A stretch of DNA of 64,000 nt from Candidatus Bathyarchaeia archaeon (lineage in GTDB: Archaea; Thermoproteota; Bathyarchaeia; Bathyarchaeales; Bathycorpusculaceae). A program made the translations under genes and the position numbers. The stretch is taken from assembly GCA_049516875.1 (NCBI GenBank), contig JBEKSS010000008.1:34433-98432 (forward strand), in the 5' to 3' direction. Under the pieces are notes generated by a model. That model was not told where the DNA came from. It ran no database searches and saw only the letters and a program-made list of their open reading frames with translations. This document shows positions 16,977 to 28,208 of this stretch, piece after piece; position 1 is the first letter of the stretch, and each line of letters starts with the position of its first letter.

Positions 16977-18722
16977 ATGTCTAAGAGAAAAAGCAAAAAA
17001 GAACCAAGCCCAGCCGAGAAACCAGGTTCAGTCGAAAAACCAGCCGAAAAGCCTTGGTTCAAGTTTTGGCCCTCAGACGTTCCGAGACACATCGGATACC
17101 CCCAAATTCCGCTTTCTCAAATCTTGACAAATACCGCTGAGAAGACTCCCAAGCAAGTAGCGATGGTATATTTCAACAAAGAAATAACCTACGGTGAGCT
17201 CGATGAGGCTTCCGACAGGTTTGCGGCCGCGCTTGCCGCCCAAGGAGTAAACAAAGGCGACAGGGTGGCGATTTTCCTACCAAACATTCCTCAGTTCGTG
17301 ATAGCATACTATGGCACTCTGAAAATAGGTGCCGTCGTAACGGCCATAAGCCCATTGTACAAAGAACGGGAAGTTGAGCATCAGCTCAACGACTCTGAAG
17401 CCGAAACCATCGTCGTCTTAGACGTACTTTATCCGATTCTGGAAAAAATCCTACGAACAACCAAGGTCAAGAGGATCATCGTGACAGGCTTGAAGGACTA
17501 TATGCCCACGGCCACTGCGTTCCTAGGCTCATTATCTAGGAAAATTCCCTCCTTCAAAGTTGAACGCAAGGCGGGAACTTACTTCTTCAAAGAACTGTTG
17601 ACTATGCATGATGCGAAGCCGCCAAGAGTCGACATCGACCCCGAACAAGATCTTGCAGCTTTACAGTATACCGGTGGAACCACTGGAATCGCGAAAGGAG
17701 CGATGCTGACACACATGAACCTCTTATCAAACGCAATCATGTGCGCAGAATGGCTCAAGGGAAAACAATTGATGGAAACGTTTCTAGCCGTTGTGCCACT
17801 GTTCCACATATACGGCATGACAACAGCAATGAACACGCCGATATATCTGGCCGGAAAGATTGTTATGCTTCTCCGTTTCGACGCGGTGGCCACCTTGAAA
17901 GCCATCCAAAAATACAGGGTCACCGTCTTCTGTGGGGCACCAACCATGTACGCGATGCTTCTCGCTCATCCAAACTTGAACAGCTTCGACCTCTCATCGG
18001 TTCGCTTCTGCATTTCAGGCTCCGCCCCGTTGCCGCCTGAGATTCAGAAAAAATGGATGGACGTAACGAAAGGCGTCCTTGTGGAAGGCTACGGACTGTC
18101 AGAATCCTCCCCGGTCACACACAGCAACCCTCTTGATCGGACTTTGAAAACCGTCAAGGTGGGCTCCATCGGTCTGCCCTTTCCCGACACGGACGCCAAA
18201 ATCATGGACTTGGAAACCGGAGAAACCGAGCTTGTCGCTGGTCAAGACGGAGAGCTCGTGGTTGCGGGACCGCAGGTTATGAAGGGTTACTGGAAGATGG
18301 ATGAGGAATCCAGAGAAGTCCTCCGAAAAGGATGGCTCTACACGGGAGACATCGGAAAGGTGGATGAAGACGGCTACTTCTACATCACGGACAGGAAGAA
18401 GGACCTTATCAAGTACAAGGGCCTCAGCGTTTACCCAAGAGAGATTGAAGACGTGATTTATGAGCATCCAGCCGTCAAACTCTGCGCAGTCATCGGCAAA
18501 CTCGATCCAATCGCGGGTGAGATTCCGAAAGCTTTCGTCGTGCTGAAAGAGGGGAAAACCGCAACGGCAGAAGAGATTAAAGAATTTGTGAATAGCAAAT
18601 TGGCACCTTACAAGGCGGTAAGAGAGGTAGAATTCAGAACCGAACTACCCATGACTATGGTAGGCAAAGTCCTGAGAAGAGTGCTTCAGGAAGAGGAAAG
18701 GCAGAAGACAGCGAAAACCTGA
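16977..18722 (+). CDS. fadD: Long-chain fatty acid-CoA ligase
   Basis: YTGGTTGIAKG, EGYGLSE, WLYTGD, DRKKD. Confidence 0.93.
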   Translation: MSKRKSKKEPSPAEKPGSVEKPAEKPWFKFWPSDVPRHIGYPQIPLSQILTNTAEKTPKQVAMVYFNKEITYGELDEASDRFAAALAAQGVNKGDRVAIFLPNIPQFVIAYYGTLKIGAVVTAISPLYKEREVEHQLNDSEAETIVVLDVLYPILEKILRTTKVKRIIVTGLKDYMPTATAFLGSLSRKIPSFKVERKAGTYFFKELLTMHDAKPPRVDIDPEQDLAALQYTGGTTGIAKGAMLTHMNLLSNAIMCAEWLKGKQLMETFLAVVPLFHIYGMTTAMNTPIYLAGKIVMLLRFDAVATLKAIQKYRVTVFCGAPTMYAMLLAHPNLNSFDLSSVRFCISGSAPLPPEIQKKWMDVTKGVLVEGYGLSESSPVTHSNPLDRTLKTVKVGSIGLPFPDTDAKIMDLETGETELVAGQDGELVVAGPQVMKGYWKMDEESREVLRKGWLYTGDIGKVDEDGYFYITDRKKDLIKYKGLSVYPREIEDVIYEHPAVKLCAVIGKLDPIAGEIPKAFVVLKEGKTATAEEIKEFVNSKLAPYKAVREVEFRTELPMTMVGKVLRRVLQEEERQKTAKT

Positions 18723-18805
18723 AACATCGTTGACTGTGCTCCCACCGCGAAGAATCGTACACCCTGCTGCTTCTCAGAGACAGCGATTCTCTGCAGAGAC
18801 AACAA

Positions 18806-20332
18806 CTATGCTGGTTCGTTTATTTTTTTCCCAGTCTTCCTCGTCCATTCAGCAATCGAGGTTGAGAACTGTTTTTCAACGTTAGGCCGATGTATGCTAT
18901 TGTAAGTGCAGAAGCATCTCACTTTGCCATCTGGTGTGGCATAGTGAATCGCACATTTTTGAACGCGATCAATGTCTATGTTCCAAACGTCTTGAAAGTG
19001 CATTATTCCAATCATAACGATGCGGTGCATAAGGTCTCCAAGAGCCTCGTAGCTTCCCTTAGTCACCACGTTCATGATTAAGCCTCTGACAAAATCGGAT
19101 TTTGCCATCGGCAACAGCTTCAGCAATTTCATCTTTGCCATTGTTCTTTTACCTTTCGCTCCTGAGTAATAGACATCCCAGAAGACTTCAGCAAATTTGT
19201 CAACATCTACATATCGCATAATAGGCTTGTATGAACCGTCCTTGTCAACGACCAAAAATGTTGCTGCGCCGCACATAGGACTCATCGTGAACTCTGGATA
19301 GATTCTGTTCTTCACGACGCCCATTCCCTTAGAAATCGGGACTGGCCAGTTGACTGGTCTCCAATCAAACCGGCCGACAGCACCTTTCGTTTGCTCCTCT
19401 ATCTCTTTCATCGTGTCGGGAATCGTTATCCGCATTTTTCGCATTTCCTCTTTCCTGGCTTTTCCAGCCATTGACATTGGCTGGATGTTGATGCATCGGA
19501 TAACGTCACGATTTTTGATCGCGAAGTCAATTATGTCTCCTAAGTCCTTATCGTTCACCCCCTTTGCCAAAGTGACAACCAAAACAATCGAGTCTAAGCC
19601 TATTGTTCTGGCGTTTTCTATGACCTTCAACTTTATCGGAATCATATCAGACCTTGCTCTGGTCTTCTTGTAGATTTCTTCTCTCAAACCGTCAAACTGA
19701 AGATAAAGCGTGCTCAGCCCCGAGTCCAGCAACTTCTTGAAATACGCAATGTCTTCAGCGACGCGAATACCGTTAGTATTAACCTCCACATGGGTTATCC
19801 CCGCTTTCTGAGCCTCCTTAATCAAGTCTGGCAGGTCGTTTCTTAGCGTCGGTTCGCCTCCACTAAACTGCAACGCGTTGCAAGCCCATGGGCTATTGGC
19901 CCTAAGCACCTTCATCATTTCCACAATTTGTTCATACGAAGGCTCGTAGACATAGTTGGCAACTCCCACATAAGCAAAACAAATCGGACATGCCATGTTA
20001 CACCTATTCGTAACATCTATGATCCCTAAAATCGTGGGCGTCTTGTGCTGAGGGCAGATTCCACAGTCAAACGGACAACCCTCAACAGTAGCAGTGTGCG
20101 GATTCTCCAAGCCGCTTCCCACATAGCGAGCATTACACCACTTATCATTGAACCACTTGAAAAGTTCAGCATCACCCCAATAAACATCCTCAAACTTCCC
20201 ATGTTCAGGGCACGTCTTCTCTAGATAGATCACGCCGTTGTCCTCATAGATCCTCATCGGAATCTTCTTCATACAATCTGGACACAGGCTCATCGAGTAA
20301 GTCTCAAACTTTGATTCTTGGAGCTTTGACAT
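18806..20332 (-). CDS. tes: Tetraether lipid synthase (GDGT-MAS, MJ0619 family radical SAM)
   Basis: CPDC..CPEHG, CPFDCGICPQH, CNMACPIC, MHFQDVWNIDIDRVQKC...FCTYN. Confidence 0.88.
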   Translation of the reverse strand: MSKLQESKFETYSMSLCPDCMKKIPMRIYEDNGVIYLEKTCPEHGKFEDVYWGDAELFKWFNDKWCNARYVGSGLENPHTATVEGCPFDCGICPQHKTPTILGIIDVTNRCNMACPICFAYVGVANYVYEPSYEQIVEMMKVLRANSPWACNALQFSGGEPTLRNDLPDLIKEAQKAGITHVEVNTNGIRVAEDIAYFKKLLDSGLSTLYLQFDGLREEIYKKTRARSDMIPIKLKVIENARTIGLDSIVLVVTLAKGVNDKDLGDIIDFAIKNRDVIRCINIQPMSMAGKARKEEMRKMRITIPDTMKEIEEQTKGAVGRFDWRPVNWPVPISKGMGVVKNRIYPEFTMSPMCGAATFLVVDKDGSYKPIMRYVDVDKFAEVFWDVYYSGAKGKRTMAKMKLLKLLPMAKSDFVRGLIMNVVTKGSYEALGDLMHRIVMIGIMHFQDVWNIDIDRVQKCAIHYATPDGKVRCFCTYNSIHRPNVEKQFSTSIAEWTRKTGKKINEPA

Positions 20333-20524
20333 TCGAACACTTTCCCAAAGTTATGAATATTAACTAGAAACAAAGGCTGCTAATAAATCATGGAGTGAGC
20401 GGCTACACACTTGGTGCACAAACGAAAACTCAAAAAAGAATGAAAAAACAGCTCTGCCTCCTGCAGGAATGATTGATGGCCAACAAGAATATCTTCCATA
20501 GTCAATGGTTACAGCAAGATTTCG

Positions 20525-21766
20525 TTATGCTTTTTCACTCTGGTGGGCTTCCTTCTTTGTCTCCCTGAGCATCAGATAAAAGGGTAATTGCACTGCAAAT
20601 ATTAAGGCGGCGATGCCGCATGGCGTTGTGGCGTCGGGTTTGGTTAAGTTCCAGACGTAACTTCCGGTGGTAGGCCCGATTGATAGGCCTACTCCGTTCA
20701 GCGTCTGGGTTATTCCACTAACGCTGGCGCGTCGGTGTTGTGGAACAAGGTCCATGAGCCAAGCTGATATTGCTGGTGAACTTATGTTGCCGACAGCGCT
20801 GATTCCACTCATTATTAGGCCGAACTCCAAAAATGTTCGACTGAAAGCCAGTGCAAAGACCAGCGGAACGCCCAGGAACCCAAGTAGGACGAGAGGTTTC
20901 CTTCCGAACTTGTCTGTGAGGATTCCGCCCGGAATCTGGACAAGTCCAGTAACAAGGCTGGAGGAAATTGACAGGATCAATCCATACATCGTTGGATCAG
21001 CGTTCAGTTTGAAAATGAGAAAGCCGCTCAACAGTGGACCGACAAAACCGTTCAGCAGGCCGTTGGCGAGGTTTGCTATGGAGAATAGGAGAATTACGCG
21101 CAGAAGCGGCATGAGTGGCTTTGGATCTGGCTCTTCAAATGACGTCTGATGCTCCTCGGATGCTTGTTTGTTCTTGTCAGATTTCCCTTTTAACAAGATT
21201 GAAAACATCATGCCTACCACGCTTACGAAGACCGCTATGATGAATGGACTTCGCAGGTTAACAGTCTCCGCTAGAAACCCGCCTAACAGGGGTGCAGGAA
21301 CTTGAGCCGAAACCCATGAAAGGTTGAATATTCCGAAGGCTTTGCCTCTTGAACACTGTGCGCTGTAGTCAGCCACCAAAGCTGAAATGGCGGGCCCTGA
21401 GAAGCCTACGGAGAACATTTCGACGAAGCTTGCGAGAAAGAGGAACGACAAGTTTGGAGCAATTGTAAACAGTCCGCACCCGAAGGCCAGAATGAAGAAG
21501 GACAAAGCAATAACTCTCTTCCTCCCAACCCAGTCGGCTGCAAACCCTCCGAGCAAATAGCCCAAGGTCACTGCCACGAACCCCAAGGAAAGCATAATTC
21601 CGTATGCTTCCATCGTCGCCGCTTCTACATCTCCCCCGCTGACAAATTCTTTCGCCAAATAGGGCCTCGGAGTAGAGATTATCGAAACCGCAAAAGTGAA
21701 TACAAAATTGACTATCCACAAGACCCAGAACACTCTTGACCTATAGTCAAACCCGTTGGTTCCCAA
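20525..21766 (-). CDS. MFS transporter
   Basis: Motif A twice (GFAADWVGRK, GILTDKFGRK). About 12 TM helices. Confidence 0.92.
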   Translation of the reverse strand: MGTNGFDYRSRVFWVLWIVNFVFTFAVSIISTPRPYLAKEFVSGGDVEAATMEAYGIMLSLGFVAVTLGYLLGGFAADWVGRKRVIALSFFILAFGCGLFTIAPNLSFLFLASFVEMFSVGFSGPAISALVADYSAQCSRGKAFGIFNLSWVSAQVPAPLLGGFLAETVNLRSPFIIAVFVSVVGMMFSILLKGKSDKNKQASEEHQTSFEEPDPKPLMPLLRVILLFSIANLANGLLNGFVGPLLSGFLIFKLNADPTMYGLILSISSSLVTGLVQIPGGILTDKFGRKPLVLLGFLGVPLVFALAFSRTFLEFGLIMSGISAVGNISSPAISAWLMDLVPQHRRASVSGITQTLNGVGLSIGPTTGSYVWNLTKPDATTPCGIAALIFAVQLPFYLMLRETKKEAHQSEKA

Positions 21767-21984
21767 AGTTCGCCAATCTCCTTCAGCCGTTGTGATGCCA
21801 TTCTAGTTGACACATTGCTTGCAGTGCTCATCCCTCAGACTTTGATGCTGAATCCTACTACACTGGCCTTATAAAGGGAGACGCACGCTCCGTAATCACA
21901 ACTTGTTACTTGAACTTCTCAACACCGCTCAGCAAAAACGTATATGAAGTGTCGGGCTGTCACTAAAATTTAGAGATGGCATAA

Positions 21985-24264
21985 TTGCGTGTGAGAATCC
22001 AAGTCACGGGCATAGTTCAGGGAGTGGGCTTCCGTCCGTTTGTCTATCGGATAGCGATAGAACACGGGCTTTCTGGCTACGTTAAGAACCGGGGCGACGC
22101 AGGAGTAGAAATTCTACTAGAAGGCGAAGAGCAGGCTATCCAACACTTTTTGCAAGATCTGAAAAAGAAGAAACCGCCCTTAGCCCAAATCCACGATGTT
22201 ATCACGTCCAAGCTTCCGGGAAAGACTGAGAACACAGAATTTGTCATCAAGAAGAGTTCCAATGAGACAGAACTGTCAGGTTCAGTCATCCCGCCTGACA
22301 TCGCTATTTGTGACGACTGTTTAAGAGAGCTTCGAAATCCCAAAGACCCTCGGTTCGAGTACTTTTTTATCACTTGTACAAACTGTGGTCCAAGGTTCAC
22401 CATAATCGAAAAATTGCCCTACGACCGCGAGAACACGACGATGCGAGCCTTCCCGATGTGCAGCTTCTGCCTGAGCGAATACGAGGATCCACAGAACAGA
22501 CGTTTTCACGCACAGACGGTTGCATGCCCAAAATGCGGTCCACGAGTTTACCTAGCAAATGCAGAAGGCGAAGTGCTGAAAGAGAAAGATCCTGTTCGAG
22601 TAGCGGGTAAGCTTCTGTCAGAGGGCAATGTTCTTGCTGTTAAAGGCTACGGTGGTTTCCACGTTGCTGCATCAACGACGAAATCTGAGCCTTTAGCGAA
22701 GCTGAGAAAAGTCAAACATCGAAGCCAGAAGCCCTTTGCTGTCATGGCTCGAAGCTTAGAAGCTGCAAAAACCTTTGCAGAGGTAAACAAAAGCCAGGAG
22801 GAGCTTCTGACTTCGTACGCGCGCCCTATAGTGCTGTTGAACAAGAGCAGACAGTATTATCTTTCCGATTTAGTGGCTCCCAGACTACATAACGTCGGCG
22901 TAATTCTCCCCTACACGGGTCTGCACTACATGCTGTTTGACGAAGTGGAAGATTCTGCGTTTGTCATGACCAGCGCCAACCCGCCTAACCAACCGATAAT
23001 AAAAGACAACGATGAAGCCTTGAGAACGCTCAGCGACACCGTTGACTTCTATCTCTTCCATAACCGACAGATAGCCCAGCGTTGCGACGATTCCGTGGCC
23101 CGCACACACGACGGCAACACAGTTTTCATGAGGCGATCGAGAGGCTACGCACCGGCCCCGATAATGCTCAAGAAAAAAGCAAAAAGCTGCGTGCTAGGCT
23201 TAGGAGGAGAGCTGAACAACACCTCGTGCATTCTAAACGGCAACAAAGCCTTCATTTCCCAACACGTAGGCGATGTGGACAACGTCGAAACGAGAACTTT
23301 TCTGGAAAATGCCACAAAACACCTTGCCCGTTTGACGAACAGCGAAGTAGAAACCGTTGCGTGTGACTTGCATCCAAAATTCATCACGACAAAACTGGCC
23401 CAATCCTGGGCAGAAGAAAACGGCCGACAAGCAATTCGCGTACAGCACCACTACGCGCACATCGCTGGACTCATGGTTGAACACAATGTAGGGGAGATGG
23501 TGGGCGTTTGCTGCGACGGCTACGGATACGGCTTGGACGGTGAAGCCTGGGGAGGAGAGATCCTGTTGTGCACCGATGAGGCTTTCGGTTTCAAGCGTGT
23601 GGCTCACCTCGAAAAACAGCCTCTGATAGGAGGCGACCTAGTAGCCTATTACCCGTTGAGAATGGCCGCAGGGATGCTCCACGGCGACGTTGACTTGGAA
23701 AGTTGGCTTCTGAAGCACAAGCAACACTTTCCACACGGCGAGCAGGAGGTTCAGATAATTCTTCAACAGTTGAGTAGAAAAGCAGACGGAATAGGGACGA
23801 CCAGTTGCGGAAGGGTGTTGGACGCCGTTTCAGCCGTCCTGGGCGTATGCTACGAACGCACGTACGAGGGCGAACCATCCATGAAACTCGAGTCGACCGC
23901 AATGAAAGGCAAAGACGTGCTGAAGCTCAAACCCGTCATAGAAGACGGCACCCTAAACACTACGCGTATGCTTCAGGACATTTTTGAAAACAGAGACAAA
24001 CATTCCAAGGCAGACTTGGCATACTCTGCACACGCGTACTTGGCTAAAGGTTTGGCAACATTGGCGATCGAAAAAGCATGCGAAAACAACGTGACAACGG
24101 TCGGTTTTTCAGGCGGAGTCGCGTGCAACGAAATCTTGACGCTGAACATGGGAAGAATCGTTACAGCATCAAGGCTTCAGTTCCTTGTCCATAGAACTGT
24201 TCCACCCGGCGATGGTGGTTTATCGTTCGGTCAAGCTGTTGCATCTGGGTTTTTCCATATCTAG
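21985..24264 (+). CDS. hypF: Hydrogenase maturation carbamoyltransferase
   Basis: GIVQGVGFRPF, zinc fingers, QHHYAH, PPGDGGLSFGQ. Confidence 0.97.
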   Translation: MRVRIQVTGIVQGVGFRPFVYRIAIEHGLSGYVKNRGDAGVEILLEGEEQAIQHFLQDLKKKKPPLAQIHDVITSKLPGKTENTEFVIKKSSNETELSGSVIPPDIAICDDCLRELRNPKDPRFEYFFITCTNCGPRFTIIEKLPYDRENTTMRAFPMCSFCLSEYEDPQNRRFHAQTVACPKCGPRVYLANAEGEVLKEKDPVRVAGKLLSEGNVLAVKGYGGFHVAASTTKSEPLAKLRKVKHRSQKPFAVMARSLEAAKTFAEVNKSQEELLTSYARPIVLLNKSRQYYLSDLVAPRLHNVGVILPYTGLHYMLFDEVEDSAFVMTSANPPNQPIIKDNDEALRTLSDTVDFYLFHNRQIAQRCDDSVARTHDGNTVFMRRSRGYAPAPIMLKKKAKSCVLGLGGELNNTSCILNGNKAFISQHVGDVDNVETRTFLENATKHLARLTNSEVETVACDLHPKFITTKLAQSWAEENGRQAIRVQHHYAHIAGLMVEHNVGEMVGVCCDGYGYGLDGEAWGGEILLCTDEAFGFKRVAHLEKQPLIGGDLVAYYPLRMAAGMLHGDVDLESWLLKHKQHFPHGEQEVQIILQQLSRKADGIGTTSCGRVLDAVSAVLGVCYERTYEGEPSMKLESTAMKGKDVLKLKPVIEDGTLNTTRMLQDIFENRDKHSKADLAYSAHAYLAKGLATLAIEKACENNVTTVGFSGGVACNEILTLNMGRIVTASRLQFLVHRTVPPGDGGLSFGQAVASGFFHI

Positions 24265-24312
24265 ACCATAACGAATTTATCGCCCCGAGCACGTTCGAGT
24301 ATTCTGATGGAA

Positions 24313-24543
24313 ATGTGCCTCGCGATTCCAGCAAAAGTTGTAACCATCGAAAAAGACGAAGCTCAAGTGGACTTCGGCGGAGGAGTAACGAGAGGAGTTA
24401 ACGTGACGCTCGTGAACGTTAAGATTGGTGACTACGTTTTGGTCCACGCAGGCTATGCCATTCAGGTTTTAGACAAAGAAGAGGCTGAGGAAACCCTACG
24501 CTTGTGGAACGAAATCCTTGAACTCGAACCCGAGCAGCAGTAA
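24313..24543 (+). CDS. hypC: Hydrogenase chaperone
   Basis: MCLAIPAKV...LVHAGYAI. Confidence 0.96.
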   Translation: MCLAIPAKVVTIEKDEAQVDFGGGVTRGVNVTLVNVKIGDYVLVHAGYAIQVLDKEEAEETLRLWNEILELEPEQQ

Positions 24544-24561
24544 AAGATCAGATGAATCGTA

Positions 24562-25641
24562 ATGGTTGCGAATCTAAGGTTCAGAGATCAGGAATTCTCG
24601 GAACGCGTAGCCCAAAAAATCCAAAGGATCGCGGCAAGCGAAGGCTCAATCAGGATATGTCACGTTTGCGGCACACACGAGTGGACCATCACGCATTATG
24701 GCATACGAAGCCTCCTACCCTCAAACATAGAAGTAATAGCCGGCCCAGGCTGCCCAGTTTGCATCGTTCCAGCCTCGGAAATCGATGAAGCCGTCCAACT
24801 GGCCATGAACGACGTGACCGTCACCTGTTTCGGCGACGTCTTGCGTGTTCCAGGCTCAAAAATGTCGCTTCTGGATGCGAAAGCCGAGGGAGCTGACGTA
24901 CGCATTGTTTACAGTGTTGACGACGCAGTCAAGATGGCCAAGAGCGAAGTAGACAAGGATTTTGTCTTTTTTGCCGTCGGGTTCGAAACAACCGCGCCTT
25001 CAACAGCTGTGGAAATAATGGGCAGACCGCCCGAAAACCTGAGCTTTTTGATTTCCCACAGGCTTATCCCTCCCGCTATGGAACTGCTTGTGAAAATGAA
25101 AGACTTGAACCTTGACGGCTTCATTGCGCCAGGTCACGTCAGCACAATCATTGGACTTAGACCCTACGAGATTTTTCCAAAAACCTACAAAATGCCAACT
25201 GTAATAGCAGGCTTCGAGCCTCTAGACGTCTTGTTCAGCATTTACATGATCGTCAAGCAGATAAAAGAAGGCAAGCCTCGCCTAGAGAACGAGTACGCAC
25301 GCGCCGTGCGCTCGGAAGGAAACGTTAAGGCTCAGGAAGTGATGCGCAGAGTCTTTGACATCGCTGACGGAAAATGGCGCGGACTCGGCAACATACCCTC
25401 CTCAAGGCTTAAGGTCAATAGCGAGTACGAGGCCTCCGATGCCGTTCTGAAATATGACATAAAGGTAGAAGATGGCGTTGACATACACCCAGGCTGTCAA
25501 TGTCATCTAGTCGTGGTCGGCAAAACAAAACCCACGGAGTGTCCACTATTCATGACAGCTTGCACACCACAAAAACCCGTAGGCGCCTGCATGGTTGGCA
25601 GCGAAGGGACCTGCCGCATATGGGCAAGACAGCAAAAATAA
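24562..25641 (+). CDS. hypD: Hydrogenase maturation protein
   Basis: VCGTHE, GPGCPVC, GFETT, PGHVS, CMVGSEGTC. Confidence 0.97.
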   Translation: MVANLRFRDQEFSERVAQKIQRIAASEGSIRICHVCGTHEWTITHYGIRSLLPSNIEVIAGPGCPVCIVPASEIDEAVQLAMNDVTVTCFGDVLRVPGSKMSLLDAKAEGADVRIVYSVDDAVKMAKSEVDKDFVFFAVGFETTAPSTAVEIMGRPPENLSFLISHRLIPPAMELLVKMKDLNLDGFIAPGHVSTIIGLRPYEIFPKTYKMPTVIAGFEPLDVLFSIYMIVKQIKEGKPRLENEYARAVRSEGNVKAQEVMRRVFDIADGKWRGLGNIPSSRLKVNSEYEASDAVLKYDIKVEDGVDIHPGCQCHLVVVGKTKPTECPLFMTACTPQKPVGACMVGSEGTCRIWARQQK

Positions 25642-25717
25642 CTTGGTGACGCGCTCCCAACAGTCATGGTTTCTTCCACAACTTTTCCAAACGGATCGGA
25701 TAGTACCGCGCCAAAAC

Positions 25718-26794
25718 CTAACATATCCTTGGTACCGGGTCGCCGATGGGTCTGGCAACTATTCTTTTTCCGCCTATAATAGTCTGCATTGCAACGCCCG
25801 TGAAATCTTTCGTCGTTTCACCGATGATTTCTGCTTCTTTTCCAGCTTGTGTCGTCTTCAGAAGCTCCAAGATTCCTTCGGCCTTTTCTTTCACGGCGCC
25901 CACTATCACTTTGCCTTCATTTCCGATTTCGAGCGGGTCCAAACCCAACATTTCGCACGCTGCCCGGACGTCGGTTCTGACAGGTATCCTGTCTTCAGAT
26001 GTCAGTATGCCCACTTGCGATTTTTCGCTCAACTCGTTCAGTGCGTCGGCCAAACCGCCTCTCGTCGGGTCTTTCATGGCTACGACGCCGCCGACTTCAC
26101 CTAACACACGTTGGACCAGACGGTTCAACGGTTTAACATCAGATTTTATGACGCTTCCAAAACTCAACCCTTCCTGCGCGGACAGGACGGCTAGACCGTG
26201 GTCACCGACGGTTCCGGACAGGATTATCTTGTCTCCGACGCCGAGATTGGAGTCCAAAGTCCAGCGAGGTTTAAAATCACTCCTGAATCGCCTCACAACC
26301 TTAAGGTTTCTCTCCAACGCCGCGGTTCGCCTTCCAATCCCCGACGTGTTTATTACACATCCGCCCAGACTTCCCTTCTCCACAACCTTGGTGTCTCCAG
26401 TAACGATGCTCACGTTTGCTTCAACACATGTTTCTTGCATGCTTACTATGATCCTTTCAAAATCATCCAATGCTAACCCTTCCTCCAAGATGAAGCCGCA
26501 AGCCAAAGCATACGGTTCTCCCCCGAGCATCGAGATATCGTTGACTGTGCCAGAAACCGCCAAGCGTCCAATGTCACCTCCTGGGAAGAATATGGGCTTC
26601 ACAACGTGCGAATCGCTCTTGAAAACCACATCGCAAACGACGGCAGCATCATCCATGGCTTCAAGCGGCACTTCGACGTTACTGGCTCCTCCAAAATGCT
26701 TGACGACGTAATTCTTGACCAGATCATGCATGACTGTTCCTCCTGCACCATGCAACATTGTAATGTGTCCCCTCTCTTCATTCAAATCTACCAC
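25718..26794 (-). CDS. hypE: Hydrogenase maturation dehydratase
   Basis: HGAGG, DPTRGG, C-terminal PRIC. Confidence 0.97.
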   Translation of the reverse strand: MVDLNEERGHITMLHGAGGTVMHDLVKNYVVKHFGGASNVEVPLEAMDDAAVVCDVVFKSDSHVVKPIFFPGGDIGRLAVSGTVNDISMLGGEPYALACGFILEEGLALDDFERIIVSMQETCVEANVSIVTGDTKVVEKGSLGGCVINTSGIGRRTAALERNLKVVRRFRSDFKPRWTLDSNLGVGDKIILSGTVGDHGLAVLSAQEGLSFGSVIKSDVKPLNRLVQRVLGEVGGVVAMKDPTRGGLADALNELSEKSQVGILTSEDRIPVRTDVRAACEMLGLDPLEIGNEGKVIVGAVKEKAEGILELLKTTQAGKEAEIIGETTKDFTGVAMQTIIGGKRIVARPIGDPVPRIC

Positions 26795-26991
26795 ATCCGC
26801 CTTTCAACTTGATACCTAACTTCAAGAGTCAAAAATAAACACATCGTAAACAAAATTCGGCATGCTCAAGTCTTTGTATTAAAATTAGTGGGTTCGGAGA
26901 GCGTAGATCGTCCCCGGAACCGTTTGCTTTAGAGGAAAACCATATAAATCACCATACCGCTGTTCATTTGCGCAACTGGAGCGAATATGAA

Positions 26992-27480
26992 GTGCCAAAA
27001 TGGGGGTACTCAATAGCAGAAGAAGAGCTGGATCCGGAGAAAACCGTGAAAGCCAGCGCACGAGAGGTTAGTGTATCCCATAAATCGGCACGAGAAATAT
27101 GTAAAACTATTAAGGGCATGATGCTTACCCAAGCAAAGCAGTATCTTAAAGATGTCACGCTCAAGAAGAAACCTGTCCCATTCAAGAGATTCAGAAAGAA
27201 ATCGGGGCACCGCCATGGTTTGGAAAAGGCTTTCGCGGGTAGATATCCAATCAAGGCTGCAGGAAAGATTCTGAAGCTGCTTGAGGGCGCTGAGGCAAAC
27301 GCTGAGAATAAGGGTCTTGACACAGACAGATTGCAAATCATTCATGCAGCCACGAGTCAGGGTATGAAGGTTAAGCGTTCTATGCCAAGGGCTCAAGGGA
27401 GAAGCTCACCAAGTGTCAACATCTTATGCCACATTGAGATAGCCTTGGAAGAGCAGCCAGAGAAAGGAGAAGCAGCCTAG
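26992..27480 (+). CDS. rpl22: 50S ribosomal protein L22
   Basis: PKWGYS...GRYPIKAA...PRAQGR. Probable GTG start. Confidence 0.95.
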   Translation: MPKWGYSIAEEELDPEKTVKASAREVSVSHKSAREICKTIKGMMLTQAKQYLKDVTLKKKPVPFKRFRKKSGHRHGLEKAFAGRYPIKAAGKILKLLEGAEANAENKGLDTDRLQIIHAATSQGMKVKRSMPRAQGRSSPSVNILCHIEIALEEQPEKGEAA

Positions 27481-28208
27481 TGTCAGTCGTCAAGCATTTC
27501 ATAACAGAATCCATAAAGAAGACGGAAATTGACGAGTTTTTGCAGAAAAAACTTGAAAGGGCAGGATACGGCGGCGTAACCATATCAAAGACGCCGCTGG
27601 GTACTCACATAGTCGTCTATGCCATGCGTCCGGGCTTGGTTATAGGCCGCGGTGGCGAAACAATAAGGGAACTTGCAAGCATTCTTGAGGAAAAATTCAA
27701 AGTTTCGAACCCGCAGATTTCTGTTTCTGAAATCGAAATTCCAGAATTGAACGCCTACGTTGTTGCATCACGTGTCGCCAGTGCACTGCAGAGAGGCGTG
27801 CATTTCAGACGAGCTGGTTTCTGGTCTCTCAACCAAGTTATGGAGGCCGGAGCCCTGGGTGCAGAAATAGTCATAAGCGGAAAGCTGAGGACTGAAAGGG
27901 CAAGATATGAAAAGTTCAAAGCCGGATACTTGGTGAAATGCGGAGAACCATCGATAAAATACATGCAAAGAGCTGAAGTTCACGTCCAACTGAAGCCGGG
28001 CATATTTGGTGTAAGAGTCAAGATAATGCCTCCGGACGCAATATTCCCAGACAAAATCAAAATAGTTGAAAATCTCCCACCCGAATCAGAAGCGAAAGAG
28101 GCAGAAGCGACAGAGGCAAAAACCGAGCAAGAGCCATTGGCTGAAGAGGAGAAAGCTGAGGAAGCAGGCACTGGCGGGAAAGAAGAGGAAAGGGAGGGAA
28201 CCGCTTAG
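27480..28208 (+). CDS. rps3: 30S ribosomal protein S3
   Basis: KH domain RPGLVIGRGG. Acidic tail. Confidence 0.97.
   Translation: MSVVKHFITESIKKTEIDEFLQKKLERAGYGGVTISKTPLGTHIVVYAMRPGLVIGRGGETIRELASILEEKFKVSNPQISVSEIEIPELNAYVVASRVASALQRGVHFRRAGFWSLNQVMEAGALGAEIVISGKLRTERARYEKFKAGYLVKCGEPSIKYMQRAEVHVQLKPGIFGVRVKIMPPDAIFPDKIKIVENLPPESEAKEAEATEAKTEQEPLAEEEKAEEAGTGGKEEEREGTA

Noticed and set aside
22817-22825. CGCGCGC within hypF (similar tract near 40776 in GT2)
   Set aside because: Inside intact reading frames; counted as background, showing that not every GC tract is a junction.
25746-26711. 321-aa plus-strand ORF
   Set aside because: Antisense shadow of hypE.
26892-26921. Imperfect hairpin upstream of rpl22
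   Set aside because: Lies upstream of the apparent TATA box with weak pairing, so it cannot be supported as a leader RNA.
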